Counted from the first letter of the stretch, positions 18,250-28,597 are shown. The stretch is 64,000 nucleotides of DNA from Anaerolineales bacterium (GCA_034430395.1 DAOUEQ010000012.1:6651-70650), one strand, 5' to 3'. Notes: generated by a model not told the origin, from the sequence alone. A program made the numbers and translations.

Positions 18250-19536
18250 ATGAGACTTCCAAAAATCATCCACGCAATAACCCTCACCCTGCTCGTCTCG
18301 GGATGCAACGTGGCTGATCCATCCACACTGCCGGCCTCACAAGGAATCCCGGCGACGGTCGCGATAGGAGATCAGCCTCAAACCCAGGCTCCGTATACGG
18401 CTCCGACGTTCTCAGCGCAGTCCTGCCCCATTCCTCCAGGATCACCGGATTTGCCAGACCTGAATGATCCACACACATGGGCTGCGGAGATCCTGGCCTA
18501 TCTCAATGCAGGTGGGTTTGTCAGTTCACTGCTCGATCACGTTCAAACATTGAATTCCATCGACCCATCAGCTAAGGTTGGTGAGAATCTCGACCTGAAC
18601 GGCGACGGATTTGAGGATCTTGCGCTCATTCTGATCCAAACCCCATCAGAACTCTCGCCATTACCATCGGGCTCTCTACTCATCTTTGTTTGCGCAGAGG
18701 AAGTGTTCCGTGCTGCATATGTTACCTCTCCCGCAAGCGAAGCTGGACAGCCAAAGCTGCAGGCAGCGCGCGATTTCACCGGCGACGGACATCCTGAGTT
18801 GTTTACTCTTTGGGAATCATGCGGGGCACACACGTGCTTCGCACAGGCTGAAATTCTGAAATGGGCTGGCTCTGGATTTGCGAATCTATGGCAGGGACGC
18901 AGCGATGACCTGCCCTCCCCGGAAATCGAACTACAAGGACCTCTTGCCAATGGCAGCACATCAATTTCGATCACAGCGAGGGGAATTGGGTCTGCAGGTG
19001 CGGGACCCTACCGCGAAATCCGGCGCACCTGGACCTGGCATGGCGAATCAGGAAAGTTCGAAGTCTCGGAAGAAACGCTCGCAGATCCGAAATACCGCAT
19101 CCACGTTCTACACGACGCTGATCTAGCTGCCCTGGAAGGAGACTACGAGGCGGCGGCAATTGGATATCGACGGGTTATGGAGGATGGAACCCTGGATGAT
19201 TGGTCCTCCGGCGAGGATGGTAGAGCAGCTCTCGGAGCTTATGCCGCTTACCGCCAGATCGTCATCGATGTTCGTTACGGAAATACAGCGGACGCTGAAG
19301 CTGGAATGCTTTTCCTTCAAGCCGCCTATCCACCCGAGTCACCTCAACACGCCTATGTCGACCTGGCGGGGAGCTTCTGGGAAACCTACCAGATCAGCGG
19401 GGATCTAGGAGAAGCATGTCTGGCCGCGCAAAGTTACGCCCACAGCAACCCTGAGGCTGTACTCGAACCGCTATACTATGGCTACGCTAACCGCACGTAT
19501 CTCGCGGCTGACATCTGCCCGTTCGATAGCCGATAG
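18250..19536 (+). CDS. lipoprotein with FG-GAP/VCBS-like Ca-binding repeats, function unknown
   Basis: The signal peptide has the lipobox LLVSGC. DLNGDGFEDL and DFTGDGHPEL are repeat motifs. Confidence 0.6.
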   Translation: MRLPKIIHAITLTLLVSGCNVADPSTLPASQGIPATVAIGDQPQTQAPYTAPTFSAQSCPIPPGSPDLPDLNDPHTWAAEILAYLNAGGFVSSLLDHVQTLNSIDPSAKVGENLDLNGDGFEDLALILIQTPSELSPLPSGSLLIFVCAEEVFRAAYVTSPASEAGQPKLQAARDFTGDGHPELFTLWESCGAHTCFAQAEILKWAGSGFANLWQGRSDDLPSPEIELQGPLANGSTSISITARGIGSAGAGPYREIRRTWTWHGESGKFEVSEETLADPKYRIHVLHDADLAALEGDYEAAAIGYRRVMEDGTLDDWSSGEDGRAALGAYAAYRQIVIDVRYGNTADAEAGMLFLQAAYPPESPQHAYVDLAGSFWETYQISGDLGEACLAAQSYAHSNPEAVLEPLYYGYANRTYLAADICPFDSR

Positions 19537-19576
19537 AAAACATCTACTCGATATGTGACCACCACAAAGGACTACA

Positions 19577-20707
19577 ATGCCTCCACTACCGATCACCCAG
19601 TTTGAAGCGCATATACCACAGCTTACAGCCTTAATCGAGAAACTCGTCCAGATCGAATCTCCAACAACCTCGAAATCGGGCGTTGACGAGATCGGACGCT
19701 TTGTAGCAACCGAGATGGAAATGCGCGGCGCCCATGTCCGCGTCGAACATCAAACGAAGGCAGGGGATCACAGGATTGGCACATGGGGCGAGGGTCAAGG
19801 GGGGGTGCTGCTCATGGTCCACCTCGACACGGTCCATCCTCTCGGCAGTTTGGAGCACATGCCCTTTACGAAACGTGAAAACCGCCTTTTCGGACCGGGC
19901 GTTTTGGACATGAAAGCCAGCATTGCGATGGCCCTCACTGCGATCGAGATCTTGCGCCAGGATGAGAGGCTAAGACAGGATCGGCTGACTTTGCTGTGCA
20001 CCTCCGATGAAGAAACTGGAAGCCGCACATCACGAGCGCTCATCGAGCAGATGGCGCAAGAACATGAACTCGTCATCTGCCTTGAACCGGCTCTGCCAGA
20101 CGGCAGCCTGAAGACATGGAGAAAAGGCACGCTCGCCTTCAGGGTTGATGTAGTGGGCAAAGCCGCACACGCAGGCAGCAATATCAAGGATGGCGTGAAT
20201 GCCATCCTCGAGATGGCTCACCAGATCCCAAGGATCGTCGCGCTAGCGGATGATGAAACTGAGACTACTGTAAATGTCGGTGTGATTCAGGGCGGGACTC
20301 GCTCAAACGTCGTCCCCGATCTCTGCTGGCTGCGGGTCGACGGGCGCGCCAAGATAAAGGCCGAAGGAGATCGAGTCTTGGCTGCAATGCTCGCGCTCGA
20401 ACCTATTCTTGAAGGTGCCGAAATCAGGGTCAGAGGTGGCTGGAATCGAGATCCCATGGAGCGCAACGAACAGATGATTAAGACATTCCAACGAGCCCAA
20501 GGTATCGCCCACGAACTGGGGCTTTCGTTATCAGAAGGGGGCACCGGTGGCGGTTCCGACGCCAATTTCGTCGCTGCGCTGGGGGTTCCTGTGCTGGATG
20601 GTCTCGGCGCTATTGGAACAGGAGCCCATACCAAACACGAACAAATCGAGACGGAAAGTCTTGCTGAACGGACCGCGCTGATCGCCGCCCTGATCAGCGA
20701 ATGGTAG
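19577..20707 (+). CDS. M20 family metallopeptidase (carboxypeptidase G2/ArgE/DapE-like)
   Basis: HLDTVHP, GPGVLDMKA and SDEETGS are the M20 metal-binding/catalytic motifs in canonical order. Confidence 0.8.
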   Translation: MPPLPITQFEAHIPQLTALIEKLVQIESPTTSKSGVDEIGRFVATEMEMRGAHVRVEHQTKAGDHRIGTWGEGQGGVLLMVHLDTVHPLGSLEHMPFTKRENRLFGPGVLDMKASIAMALTAIEILRQDERLRQDRLTLLCTSDEETGSRTSRALIEQMAQEHELVICLEPALPDGSLKTWRKGTLAFRVDVVGKAAHAGSNIKDGVNAILEMAHQIPRIVALADDETETTVNVGVIQGGTRSNVVPDLCWLRVDGRAKIKAEGDRVLAAMLALEPILEGAEIRVRGGWNRDPMERNEQMIKTFQRAQGIAHELGLSLSEGGTGGGSDANFVAALGVPVLDGLGAIGTGAHTKHEQIETESLAERTALIAALISEW

Positions 20708-21971
20708 CCAACCCATCAAGCGCAGCCAGTAGATCTGCGTAGTTGTTCATCCACGCCATCTTACGCAGGAAGTCCGCTGGAGAGGGGGAAAGCTCCCATA
20801 GAACTCGGACTGCCTCACCCACAGGATCGTCCCCCGCTGCCCCGCCAGGCTCGTCAGCGTAGGCTCCATGGAAGGCGAAGTAAGCCTGATTCAAGCGCCG
20901 GATCCGGTATCCATGCTCCCAGAATAATTCCCTTCTGGCTTCCATATAGCGCTCGGCGGCTTCAATCTCTCCCGCTTCCAGGAGTGCATCTGCCTGGACA
21001 CGTGTTTCGTGCATTTCTTTCCGAAAATCAAAAGCCGGTGGCTCCGTCTCACGCTCGCCTGAGGTAAAGACCGCCTGTTCCGGCAGCAGCTCAGGGTAGT
21101 ATCGCCGAATTACCTCCCAGCCGATCGCCTTGCCCATTAACGATGCGGTGGTCTCATTCATGGTTCGAAGCCCTGCATTTGCAAAATAATTCATACCAAG
21201 CGGGCGCAAGGTCAGGTAATTATGAATCCACTCGTGTCCGATCACTTCAACGATCCATGTCAGGGTGGTCGTCTCCTGCACCATGGTTGGATAGGTCCCC
21301 ATCCCGCCGATGGGCACGACAAGCGCCGAGACGTCTAGATTCTCTTCGATACCACTTTCGAGCTTCAGCTTCTGCTCGAGTGTCAGGTCAACGCTTAGGG
21401 TGATATTCGCGACCTGCTGAATAACCTCCCTCGGCGAGACGATGACTGCATTTGGGAGCGGGTCGAAGGTGAACACGACAGGCGGGAAAGGTGCGCCCCC
21501 TAGTTCCAAACCCATATCAGCGATCACAATCGCCACCTGCTCCTGAAGGATGCTCTCAGCCGGCGGTCTGAGCTGGTTCACCTCATTGTGGATGTTCTCC
21601 AGGTTTTCCAGACGCTCCTCGAGGGCAAAACCAGCTTGATCCGCATCCGGATCCCCCATCGCTTCCTGGACTTCCTGCTCGGCCTGCTGTGCAGTCCGCA
21701 CCATTTCAAGATAATCAAAGACCCATTGCACGCGCTCATCATCACTGGCATATGCTGTAGGGTGAAGACTGAGCTGACTGAGCTTCTCAAAGGAAGCCTC
21801 GATCGTCCAGCCAAGATAATTAAACTCCACCTGCCGGGTGAATAGCCGGGTCCGATCCACGATATCGTGCACATTCAGACTGCTTCCACCCAGAAGCAGG
21901 GTCGTAATCAAGAGCAGCGAACAACGCTTGATAACGCGCCAGATCTTTGTGAAGACATCGGTAAAACGCAT
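20694..21971 (-). CDS. membrane-anchored putative zinc metalloprotease (HExxH), uncharacterised family
   Basis: N-terminal TM helix. VIGHEWIHNYL contains HExxH. The 3' end overlaps the convergent M20 gene by 14 nt. Confidence 0.45.
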   Translation of the reverse strand: MRFTDVFTKIWRVIKRCSLLLITTLLLGGSSLNVHDIVDRTRLFTRQVEFNYLGWTIEASFEKLSQLSLHPTAYASDDERVQWVFDYLEMVRTAQQAEQEVQEAMGDPDADQAGFALEERLENLENIHNEVNQLRPPAESILQEQVAIVIADMGLELGGAPFPPVVFTFDPLPNAVIVSPREVIQQVANITLSVDLTLEQKLKLESGIEENLDVSALVVPIGGMGTYPTMVQETTTLTWIVEVIGHEWIHNYLTLRPLGMNYFANAGLRTMNETTASLMGKAIGWEVIRRYYPELLPEQAVFTSGERETEPPAFDFRKEMHETRVQADALLEAGEIEAAERYMEARRELFWEHGYRIRRLNQAYFAFHGAYADEPGGAAGDDPVGEAVRVLWELSPSPADFLRKMAWMNNYADLLAALDGLATIR

Positions 21972-22070
21972 AACGGCATGATACCAAGCAAGTGAAGGGT
22001 GTCAATAACGGTATGTTATAATCTCGACCTCTTCAGGTCGTTCGAAACAACCTGGAGTCTAATAAAACCG

Positions 22071-23012
22071 ATGAATTTCCTCGTAACCGGCGCTGCCGGA
22101 TTCCTTGGCTCTGCACTTGCCAACCGATTAGACCGCGAAAGACACCAGGTTCGTGGCTATGATGACCTCTCAGCCGGGGACCCGTCGCGGCTTTCTGCAG
22201 ATGTCCTCTTCACTCGTGGCGATGTAACCGATCGCCCCAAACTCTGGACGCTGCTACAGGAAGTCGATTGTGTCTACCATCTGGCTGCGAAAGTCTCTGT
22301 TCCCGAATCGATCCTCTACCCTCGTGAATACAACATCATCAACGTCGGCGGAACCGTCAGCGTCATGGAGGCGATGCGCGACGTCGGGGTCCGCAGGGTA
22401 ATATTAATCTCCTCCGGCGCGATTTACGGCGATCAAGGTCAACAGCCCCTGGTCGAGGACGCGCCCCCGAATCCGGGATCACCCTATGCTGTGTCAAAAT
22501 TAGCCGCCGAGCATTACGTTCATACGATCGGTAAGCTCTGGGGGATAGAGACCGTCGCGCTGCGCGTGTTCAACGCCTACGGGCCTGGCCAACCTCTCGC
22601 CGCGGCCCATCCAGCAGTCGTGCCGCATTTCTTGCGCCAGGTTGCCCATGGGGGGTCAATGGTCATACACGGGAAGGGAGAACAGACGCGCGATTTTGTC
22701 TACCTGGACGATGTCGTAGAGGCGATGGTCGCTGCCGCTTCCGCACCTACCATCAACCGCTCCGTGATCAACATCGGCAGTGGAATCGAGACGAGTATTC
22801 AAACTCTGGGTCAATACGTCCTGGAAGCCGTTGGTATTAAGTCGGAGTGGATCTACAAGGAAGATCAGGATTCTGGTCCCTCGCGCATGTGCGCCGACAT
22901 CCACCTTGCCAAAGAGAAACTTGGTTATAGACCGCACTTCAGCCTGCAGGAAGGCCTTGCGCGAATGATCAGCAAGGACCCACGGTTTCGCCCCGATACA
23001 CCCTCTGGGTGA
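22071..23012 (+). CDS. NAD-dependent epimerase/dehydratase (UDP-glucose 4-epimerase family SDR)
   Basis: MNFLVTGAAGFLGSAL is the Rossmann GxxGxxG motif. PYAVSKLAAE is the YxxxK motif. The start is placed at ATG 22071 rather than the ORF opening at 21999. Confidence 0.8.
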   Translation: MNFLVTGAAGFLGSALANRLDRERHQVRGYDDLSAGDPSRLSADVLFTRGDVTDRPKLWTLLQEVDCVYHLAAKVSVPESILYPREYNIINVGGTVSVMEAMRDVGVRRVILISSGAIYGDQGQQPLVEDAPPNPGSPYAVSKLAAEHYVHTIGKLWGIETVALRVFNAYGPGQPLAAAHPAVVPHFLRQVAHGGSMVIHGKGEQTRDFVYLDDVVEAMVAAASAPTINRSVINIGSGIETSIQTLGQYVLEAVGIKSEWIYKEDQDSGPSRMCADIHLAKEKLGYRPHFSLQEGLARMISKDPRFRPDTPSG

Positions 23013-23134
23013 ACCTCGTGCCAGTTTGATGGTTAACTCCGGGATCGGATTTCGGTGATCTTTCCTGACCGCTATAAGGGGATCCCGCTAGTACCACGAG
23101 ACTGTAGCTGGGATTCTTTTACCGGAATTCAAGG

Positions 23135-23722
23135 ATGACATCCAGTCCTGTGATCTCACGCAGCTTCTTTGAACGTCCCACATTGATGGTCGCTCGCGAG
23201 CTGCTCGGGCAGCGCCTCGTTAAACTCGAGGGTGATCAGCGCATCGCCGGTTTGATCACCGAAACCGAGGCATACATCGGCTCTGAGGACGACGGGTGCC
23301 ACGCTCGCGCAGGTCTCACAAAACGCAATCGTTCGATGTGGGGTCCACCCGGCCATGCCTATGTTTACTTCACTTACGGCATGCATTGGATGTTGAACAT
23401 CGTTACAGAGCGAGATGGTTTCCCGGCTGCAGTGCTTTTGCGAGCCGTGGAACCGGTTGAAGGCCACGAAATCATCCGGCGACGGAGAGCTGGTCGCCCC
23501 GAGTCGGAGTTAACCGACGGACCGGCGAAGTTATGCCAAGCATTCAGCCTGGACCGGAGCTTTGACGGTTTGGACCTGTGCCATCCAGAGAGCGTGCTAT
23601 TCATCGAGCGGGGTGTGAGTATCCCGGAACATTGCGTAACAACTAGACCGCGAGTGGGTTTCAATCAAGTAAGCGAACCTTGGAAGAGTATGCCCTGGCG
23701 CTTCCAAGGCACTCTGCGCTGA
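23135..23722 (+). CDS. mpg: DNA-3-methyladenine glycosylase (AAG/Mpg family)
   Basis: FFERPTLMVARELLGQRLV, ETEAYIG and GHAYVYFTYGMHWMLNIV match the Mpg family pattern. Confidence 0.8.
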   Translation: MTSSPVISRSFFERPTLMVARELLGQRLVKLEGDQRIAGLITETEAYIGSEDDGCHARAGLTKRNRSMWGPPGHAYVYFTYGMHWMLNIVTERDGFPAAVLLRAVEPVEGHEIIRRRRAGRPESELTDGPAKLCQAFSLDRSFDGLDLCHPESVLFIERGVSIPEHCVTTRPRVGFNQVSEPWKSMPWRFQGTLR

Positions 23723-23734
23723 CAAGGAGAATTA

Positions 23735-24529
23735 ATGATGCAACTACTGGATGGTAAGAATGTTCTGGTCTTTGGGGTAGCTAATGATCACTCGATCGCC
23801 TGGGGGATCGCCCAGGCCATGCACGAGCACGGTGCGCGACTTGCCTTTTCCTACGCCAGCAAAGCCCTTGAGCGGCGTGTTCGTCCACTAGCCGAATCGG
23901 TGGGCTCAGACTTTGTGGAACTATGCGACGTTGCCGAAGACGATCAGATAAAAGCGGTCTTCACCAAGGCAGGCGAGAAACTCGGGAACATTGATGTTCT
24001 CGTACACGCCGTCGCGTACGCTGACCGGGAGGACCTCAAGGGCGATTTCCACATGACGAGCCGTAGCGGCTTCCATCTGGCGATGGACATCAGTGTGTAC
24101 TCCTTTATCGCACTGGCACGCGCCGCCTTTCCGCTGATGAAACCCGGCAATTCGATGCTCACCCTGAGTTATTACGGCGGCCAAAAAGTGGTCCCGAATT
24201 ACAACGTGATGGGTGTGGCGAAGGCCGCGCTTGAAGCGACCACCCGCTACCTTGCAGCCGATCTCGGACCCAGAGGGATCCGCGTAAATGCCATCTCAGC
24301 CGGACCTATCCGCACCTTATCCGCCGCCGGTGTGAGCGGCTTCAAACGAATGCACCGAGAATTCTCCGCACTTGCCCCGCTGCGCAAGAGCATCACCATC
24401 GAGGATATCGGCGGTGCGGCTGTCTGGCTCGCCTCCGAATTGGCGAGTAAGGTCACGGGAGAGGTACTGTTTGTTGACTCAGGATACAATATTCTTGGAA
24501 TCCCTGATATCGAAGAAGGTCAAACCTAA
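23735..24529 (+). CDS. fabI: enoyl-[acyl-carrier-protein] reductase (NADH) FabI
   Basis: LLDGKNVLVFGVANDHSIAWGIA, SYYGGQKVVPNYNVMGVAKAALE (Y-x6-K) and NAISAGPIRT are present. Confidence 0.85.
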   Translation: MMQLLDGKNVLVFGVANDHSIAWGIAQAMHEHGARLAFSYASKALERRVRPLAESVGSDFVELCDVAEDDQIKAVFTKAGEKLGNIDVLVHAVAYADREDLKGDFHMTSRSGFHLAMDISVYSFIALARAAFPLMKPGNSMLTLSYYGGQKVVPNYNVMGVAKAALEATTRYLAADLGPRGIRVNAISAGPIRTLSAAGVSGFKRMHREFSALAPLRKSITIEDIGGAAVWLASELASKVTGEVLFVDSGYNILGIPDIEEGQT

Positions 24530-24549
24530 GCATTCCCTGGAAACCTGCA

Positions 24550-25710
24550 GTGGTAAACATCTCTCGTGCTGGTCCACTATTCCAAACCGATCCAGAACTG
24601 CGCGCGCTCCGCACGCAGCTCTCAAAACGCGCGGCCATCTTCGTCTATGTCATTTTCGGGATCTGGCTGGTAACCGACCTGCTCATCCGGCAATTCATCC
24701 CCTCAAGCGCACCCAATAACCTCCCTTTCGATCTGGTCGCGGCCATCGTTCTTGGGATCATGGGGGCCATTGCCCTGCGCCTCATTCACCTGGGGAACAC
24801 TTCACTCGCGGGCCACATTCTCACCAATTCTTTTCTCGCCTTCGCACTTATCATCTTGTTTTTCTTCACCCCGGGAATATTCATCCCAGCCGCACTTCTT
24901 TTCATCCCCATCGCGCTCGCAGGAATGATGATCGGTGGCAGATCACCTTTTATCTACTCGGTCTCAGCATCACTGGCGCTCGCCGCGAGATATTTCATAC
25001 ACGGCAGTGAATTCATCCTGCCTGGTTTCGAGCTTGGTGGTATCTCTGGGGTTCTTTTTCTGGGCTGTCAAATCGTTCTTCATCAGGGTTTGGCAACCAT
25101 GTTCATCATTATTTCAGCTCACGTTGAAGCCACAATCGAGCAATTACTTCATCAAACCGAACAGTTATCTCACCTGGCAAATACCGACCCGCTATCCGGG
25201 CTGGCGAACCGTCGCTTCTTTGTTGAGCAGCTCGAGCGCGAGTTTGCACGCGCCAAACGTTACCGCCGACCCCTCACGCTTCTTTACCTGGATCTGGATG
25301 ACTTCAAATCGATAAACGATCGTTTTGGACATGTGGTCGGGGATGATGTTATATGCAACTTGTCTTTATCGATGCGCGCCGTGCTGCGTTCAACGGACCT
25401 GTTAGCACGAATTGGAGGGGATGAATTTGCCGTTCTACTCCCCGAGACAACGATCAAGGGCGGCGTCGGTGTGACCCATAAACTGAAGCGTGCCCTGGTC
25501 GCTTTCACCTCTCGACCGGACTGCGTAATCCCCTCCTTGACCTTTTCAGCTGGGCTGGCCCAGTTTCGCTTCGAAGATGAATCGATCGACGACCTGCTCG
25601 CGCGCGCAGACCACGCCCAATATAAAGCTAAGGATGCAGGTAAGGGGCAGATTCGCACTCAGCATGACACCGTTCAGCTTGCTTTATTTGAGGAAGAACA
25701 GGCTCCATAA
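24550..25710 (+). CDS. membrane-bound diguanylate cyclase (GGDEF)
   Basis: About 6 N-terminal TM segments are followed by DPLSGLANRR...LDLDDFKSINDRFGH..GD...RIGGDEFAVLLPE. Confidence 0.8.
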   Translation: MVNISRAGPLFQTDPELRALRTQLSKRAAIFVYVIFGIWLVTDLLIRQFIPSSAPNNLPFDLVAAIVLGIMGAIALRLIHLGNTSLAGHILTNSFLAFALIILFFFTPGIFIPAALLFIPIALAGMMIGGRSPFIYSVSASLALAARYFIHGSEFILPGFELGGISGVLFLGCQIVLHQGLATMFIIISAHVEATIEQLLHQTEQLSHLANTDPLSGLANRRFFVEQLEREFARAKRYRRPLTLLYLDLDDFKSINDRFGHVVGDDVICNLSLSMRAVLRSTDLLARIGGDEFAVLLPETTIKGGVGVTHKLKRALVAFTSRPDCVIPSLTFSAGLAQFRFEDESIDDLLARADHAQYKAKDAGKGQIRTQHDTVQLALFEEEQAP

Positions 25711-25787
25711 GGCAACACTCTGACTCTCGCAGCATAGGCCTCATCCCCTTCTTGTCTTGAGAAACTGACAGCTCCAGAATATCGATC

Positions 25788-26219
25788 GTGAAAGGATCGC
25801 TGATGGTACATACGGGAAACATTGATCTGAGTTCCAGAGGACATGCCGACATGCATGACTTGACGAAAGCCGTCGCGGACATCGTAGAGAGCTCAGGGGT
25901 GCACTCCGGTTTGGTCACAGTATTCACCCCCTCCGCGACCAGCGCCATCACCACCATTGAGTTCGAGTCGGGTGCGTTGGAAGATCTGCGGCATGCGCTC
26001 GACGAGATCGCCCCACAGGACCGTGATTATCAACATAACCTTCGCTGGGGTGACGGGAATGGTCATTCCCATCTGCGGTCAGCGCTTATGAAGACCTCTT
26101 TTTCGATTCCGATTGTCGCTGGCAGCATGACGCTGGGAACATGGCAGCAGATCCTGTTCGTGGATTTCGACGTACGCCCTCGCCAGCGCAGCCTCATCGT
26201 CCAGGTCATCGGTGAGTGA
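25788..26219 (+). CDS. YjbQ/UPF0047 family protein (secondary thiamine-phosphate synthase-like)
   Basis: ...SSGVHSGLVTVFTPSATSAITTIEFESGALEDL...GNGHSHLRSALMKTS..IPIV.G.M.LGTWQQILFVDFD is the typical YjbQ pattern. Confidence 0.8.
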   Translation: MKGSLMVHTGNIDLSSRGHADMHDLTKAVADIVESSGVHSGLVTVFTPSATSAITTIEFESGALEDLRHALDEIAPQDRDYQHNLRWGDGNGHSHLRSALMKTSFSIPIVAGSMTLGTWQQILFVDFDVRPRQRSLIVQVIGE

Positions 26220-26282
26220 GTCTCGTGGTGTAGTAAGATGGGAACCCATCGCTGAGAAAGAGTAAAGGGGTATAGGAATGCA

Positions 26283-27131
26283 ATGGTGAAACGTCTTCTG
26301 GCAGTTCTGGCGCACCCAGATGATGAAAGTTTTGGTCCGGGCGGAACATTGGCGCTTTACGCCCAAGATGGCGTTGAAGTGCATCTCATCTGTGCCACGC
26401 GCGGTGAGGCCGGCGAAATCCCACCCGAGATGCAGCTCAACGCTGAAGAAACCGCCAGTATGCGCGAGGTTGAGCTGCGCTGCGCGGCATCGCAGCTTGG
26501 ATTGACGGGTGTGCACCTCCTGGGCTACCGTGATTCGGGCATGCTCGGCTCGAGTCATAACGGCCACCCCGAAGCGCTTGCCTCGGCCCCGGTTGCGGAA
26601 GTTGCCGAGAAGGTCGCCGGTCTGATCCGCCAGATACGCCCACAAGTTTTGATCACCCACGATCCGGTCGGAGGCTACCGTCACCCTGATCACATCGCCG
26701 TACACAAAGCAACGGTTGAGGCATTCAACATCGTAAGGCAGGAGATGGAGGGTGCACCCGCTCCCATAGATTCTCGCCCTCAGAAACTCTATTACCATAC
26801 CTTCCCGCGTCGATTCCTGCGCTTCATGGTGTGGCTGCTGCCTCTCTTCGGCAAGGATCCCAGGAAATTCGGGCAGAATGAAGATATCAATTTACTGGAA
26901 ATCAGCCGCGATGATTTCCCCATTCACGCCAGAATCGATTTCCGCCGGGTTGCCGATATAAAAGAGAAAGCATCCGCCTGCCACCAGAGCCAGCAGGGTC
27001 CAAGTTCCGGCGGGCTTTTCGGTGTACTCATTAGGCTTTTCAGCGGACCCGAGACTTTTACACGCGCCTACCCTCCTGCGCCTCATCGGCTGCGAGAGAG
27101 GGACCTCTTCGACGGCGTGGCTAGCGGCTGA
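26283..27131 (+). CDS. PIG-L/LmbE family N-acetylglucosaminyl deacetylase
   Basis: LAHPDDESFGPGGTLA and HPDH are the zinc-binding motifs of the PIG-L family. Confidence 0.8.
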   Translation: MVKRLLAVLAHPDDESFGPGGTLALYAQDGVEVHLICATRGEAGEIPPEMQLNAEETASMREVELRCAASQLGLTGVHLLGYRDSGMLGSSHNGHPEALASAPVAEVAEKVAGLIRQIRPQVLITHDPVGGYRHPDHIAVHKATVEAFNIVRQEMEGAPAPIDSRPQKLYYHTFPRRFLRFMVWLLPLFGKDPRKFGQNEDINLLEISRDDFPIHARIDFRRVADIKEKASACHQSQQGPSSGGLFGVLIRLFSGPETFTRAYPPAPHRLRERDLFDGVASG

Positions 27132-27448
27132 TTACACCAGGGGCACCCATGGGCGCCCCACTCGAGATGGAGCGAGGCCGTCCATCTCGACCGGATGTCG
27201 TGAGCAGCGCTGTCAGGTGCTCAGCTTGCATGGTAAGATTCCGCCATTGAGCAAATCCTCCTGGGGTAGATCGACTTCATCATGTCTATTTCCGAGCATT
27301 CAACGGTTGCCATTTCCAATTACGTTGACCTCCCCCGGAGGATCGATCCGGACGCTCGACGTTCCATCTGGTGTGACCATGGATAAAGGATCTCTGTGAT
27401 CTCCTCATACCGGCACTGCCCTTACTAAGAAAGGAATCGGATACTTCG

Positions 27449-27976
27449 ATGTTATCGTTATTGAACATCCCTGCAGCAGTTCTGCCGTTCGTTATCTTCG
27501 CCATGCGAGTCTCGGATATGTCGCTCGATACACTGCGAGTTCTCTTCGTCATTCGCGGGCGGAAACCTTTAGCCTGGCTCCTGGGTTTCTTCCAGTCGCT
27601 TCTCTGGGTTATTGCCATCACAAGCGTACTGAGCAATTTGGACAACTTGTGGAACATCATCGCGTATGCGGGAGGCTTTGCGACTGGGAATGTCGTTGGA
27701 ATGACAATCGAGGAACGTCTCGCCATCGGGCACAGCAATCTGCAGATCATCAGCTCCCGATGGGGCAGCTCAATCGCCGAAACCATCCGCCAGAAGGGAT
27801 ACGCCGCGACCGAGCTCCCGGCGCGTGGCAAGGATGGCACGGTCAGCCTGATCAGTTGCAGCATCCTACGCCGGGATATCGACGCAGTCCGGAAGGAGGT
27901 TAATGGGATCGATCCTGACGCTTTCATCACCGTGGAAGACATCCGTCCGCTCCACCGAGGCTTTTGGCGATCCTGA
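27449..27976 (+). CDS. UPF0316/DUF2179 family membrane protein, paralog 1
   Basis: Three N-terminal TM helices plus a C-terminal DUF2179-like domain (ATELPARGKDGTVSLISCSILRRD). It is clearly paralogous to 28070..28597. Confidence 0.65.
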   Translation: MLSLLNIPAAVLPFVIFAMRVSDMSLDTLRVLFVIRGRKPLAWLLGFFQSLLWVIAITSVLSNLDNLWNIIAYAGGFATGNVVGMTIEERLAIGHSNLQIISSRWGSSIAETIRQKGYAATELPARGKDGTVSLISCSILRRDIDAVRKEVNGIDPDAFITVEDIRPLHRGFWRS

Positions 27977-28069
27977 TGGTGGGGCAACCGCAGAAATGCT
28001 TTTGAAAGCATTCACTCCATAGGTTCACGATAAACTTTCGATGGTCTTAACCCCTAATCTCAAAATCCG

Positions 28070-28597
28070 ATGAGTCTGGATTGGAGCCTTATCCCCGCCG
28101 CGTTCGTCCCATTCGTGATCCTGGTCATCCGCATAGGCAATCTATCGCTTTCAACACTGCGTGTGTTCACGGTTGTGCGCGGTCGTAAACGCGCCGCCTG
28201 GGTTCTTGGTTTCGTGCAGAGCCTGCTTTATATCACTGTGATCGCTGGCGTCTTGAAGAACCTTGATAACCCATGGAACCTGGCTGCATATGCCGCGGGT
28301 TTCGCCACAGGAAACGTACTGGGAATAATCATTGATGGTCGTATCGCGCCTGGGCACAGCCTGCTGCGGATAACAAGCTCGAGTCGCGGGGCTGTCATCA
28401 TGGAAGCCTTGCATCAAGCCGGCTTGGGCGCAACGGAAGTTGCGGGGTCAGGCCGCGACGGCACAGTCAGCCTGATCTATTGCTACTCGCCTCGACGCAA
28501 TGTGCGGAAGATAAGAGAACTCGTGCTGCAGCACGACCCTCAAGCTTTTATGACGCTATTGCATGTGCGACAGCTCGGGGGCGGCTGGGAGGTTTAG
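28070..28597 (+). CDS. UPF0316/DUF2179 family membrane protein, paralog 2
   Basis: Same length (175 aa) and collinear similarity to paralog 1 (LSTLRVFTVVRGRK..AW.LGF.QSLL....I..VL.NLDN.WN..AYA.GFATGNV.G). Confidence 0.65.
   Translation: MSLDWSLIPAAFVPFVILVIRIGNLSLSTLRVFTVVRGRKRAAWVLGFVQSLLYITVIAGVLKNLDNPWNLAAYAAGFATGNVLGIIIDGRIAPGHSLLRITSSSRGAVIMEALHQAGLGATEVAGSGRDGTVSLIYCYSPRRNVRKIRELVLQHDPQAFMTLLHVRQLGGGWEV

Noticed and set aside
27250-27330. Possible yybP-ykoY (Mn2+) or other riboswitch in the leader of the UPF0316 genes (CCUGGGGUAGAUCGAC resembles the GGGGAGUAG core).
   Set aside because: The match is to a few nucleotides only. The second conserved half-site and the four-helix architecture are not evident. 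It is kept only as an unexplained long leader.
27286-28011. Long antisense ORFs opposite well-supported genes. Examples are 27286..28011(-), 26079..26798(-), 35480..36082(-), 62251..63063(+), 56978..57616(+), 4171..4740(+) and 34013..34495(-).
   Set aside because: Each lies entirely within, and opposite to, a gene with clear family motifs. Their translations are Arg/Ser/Pro-rich low-complexity, as is typical of shadow frames in GC-rich DNA. No RBS or motif supports them.
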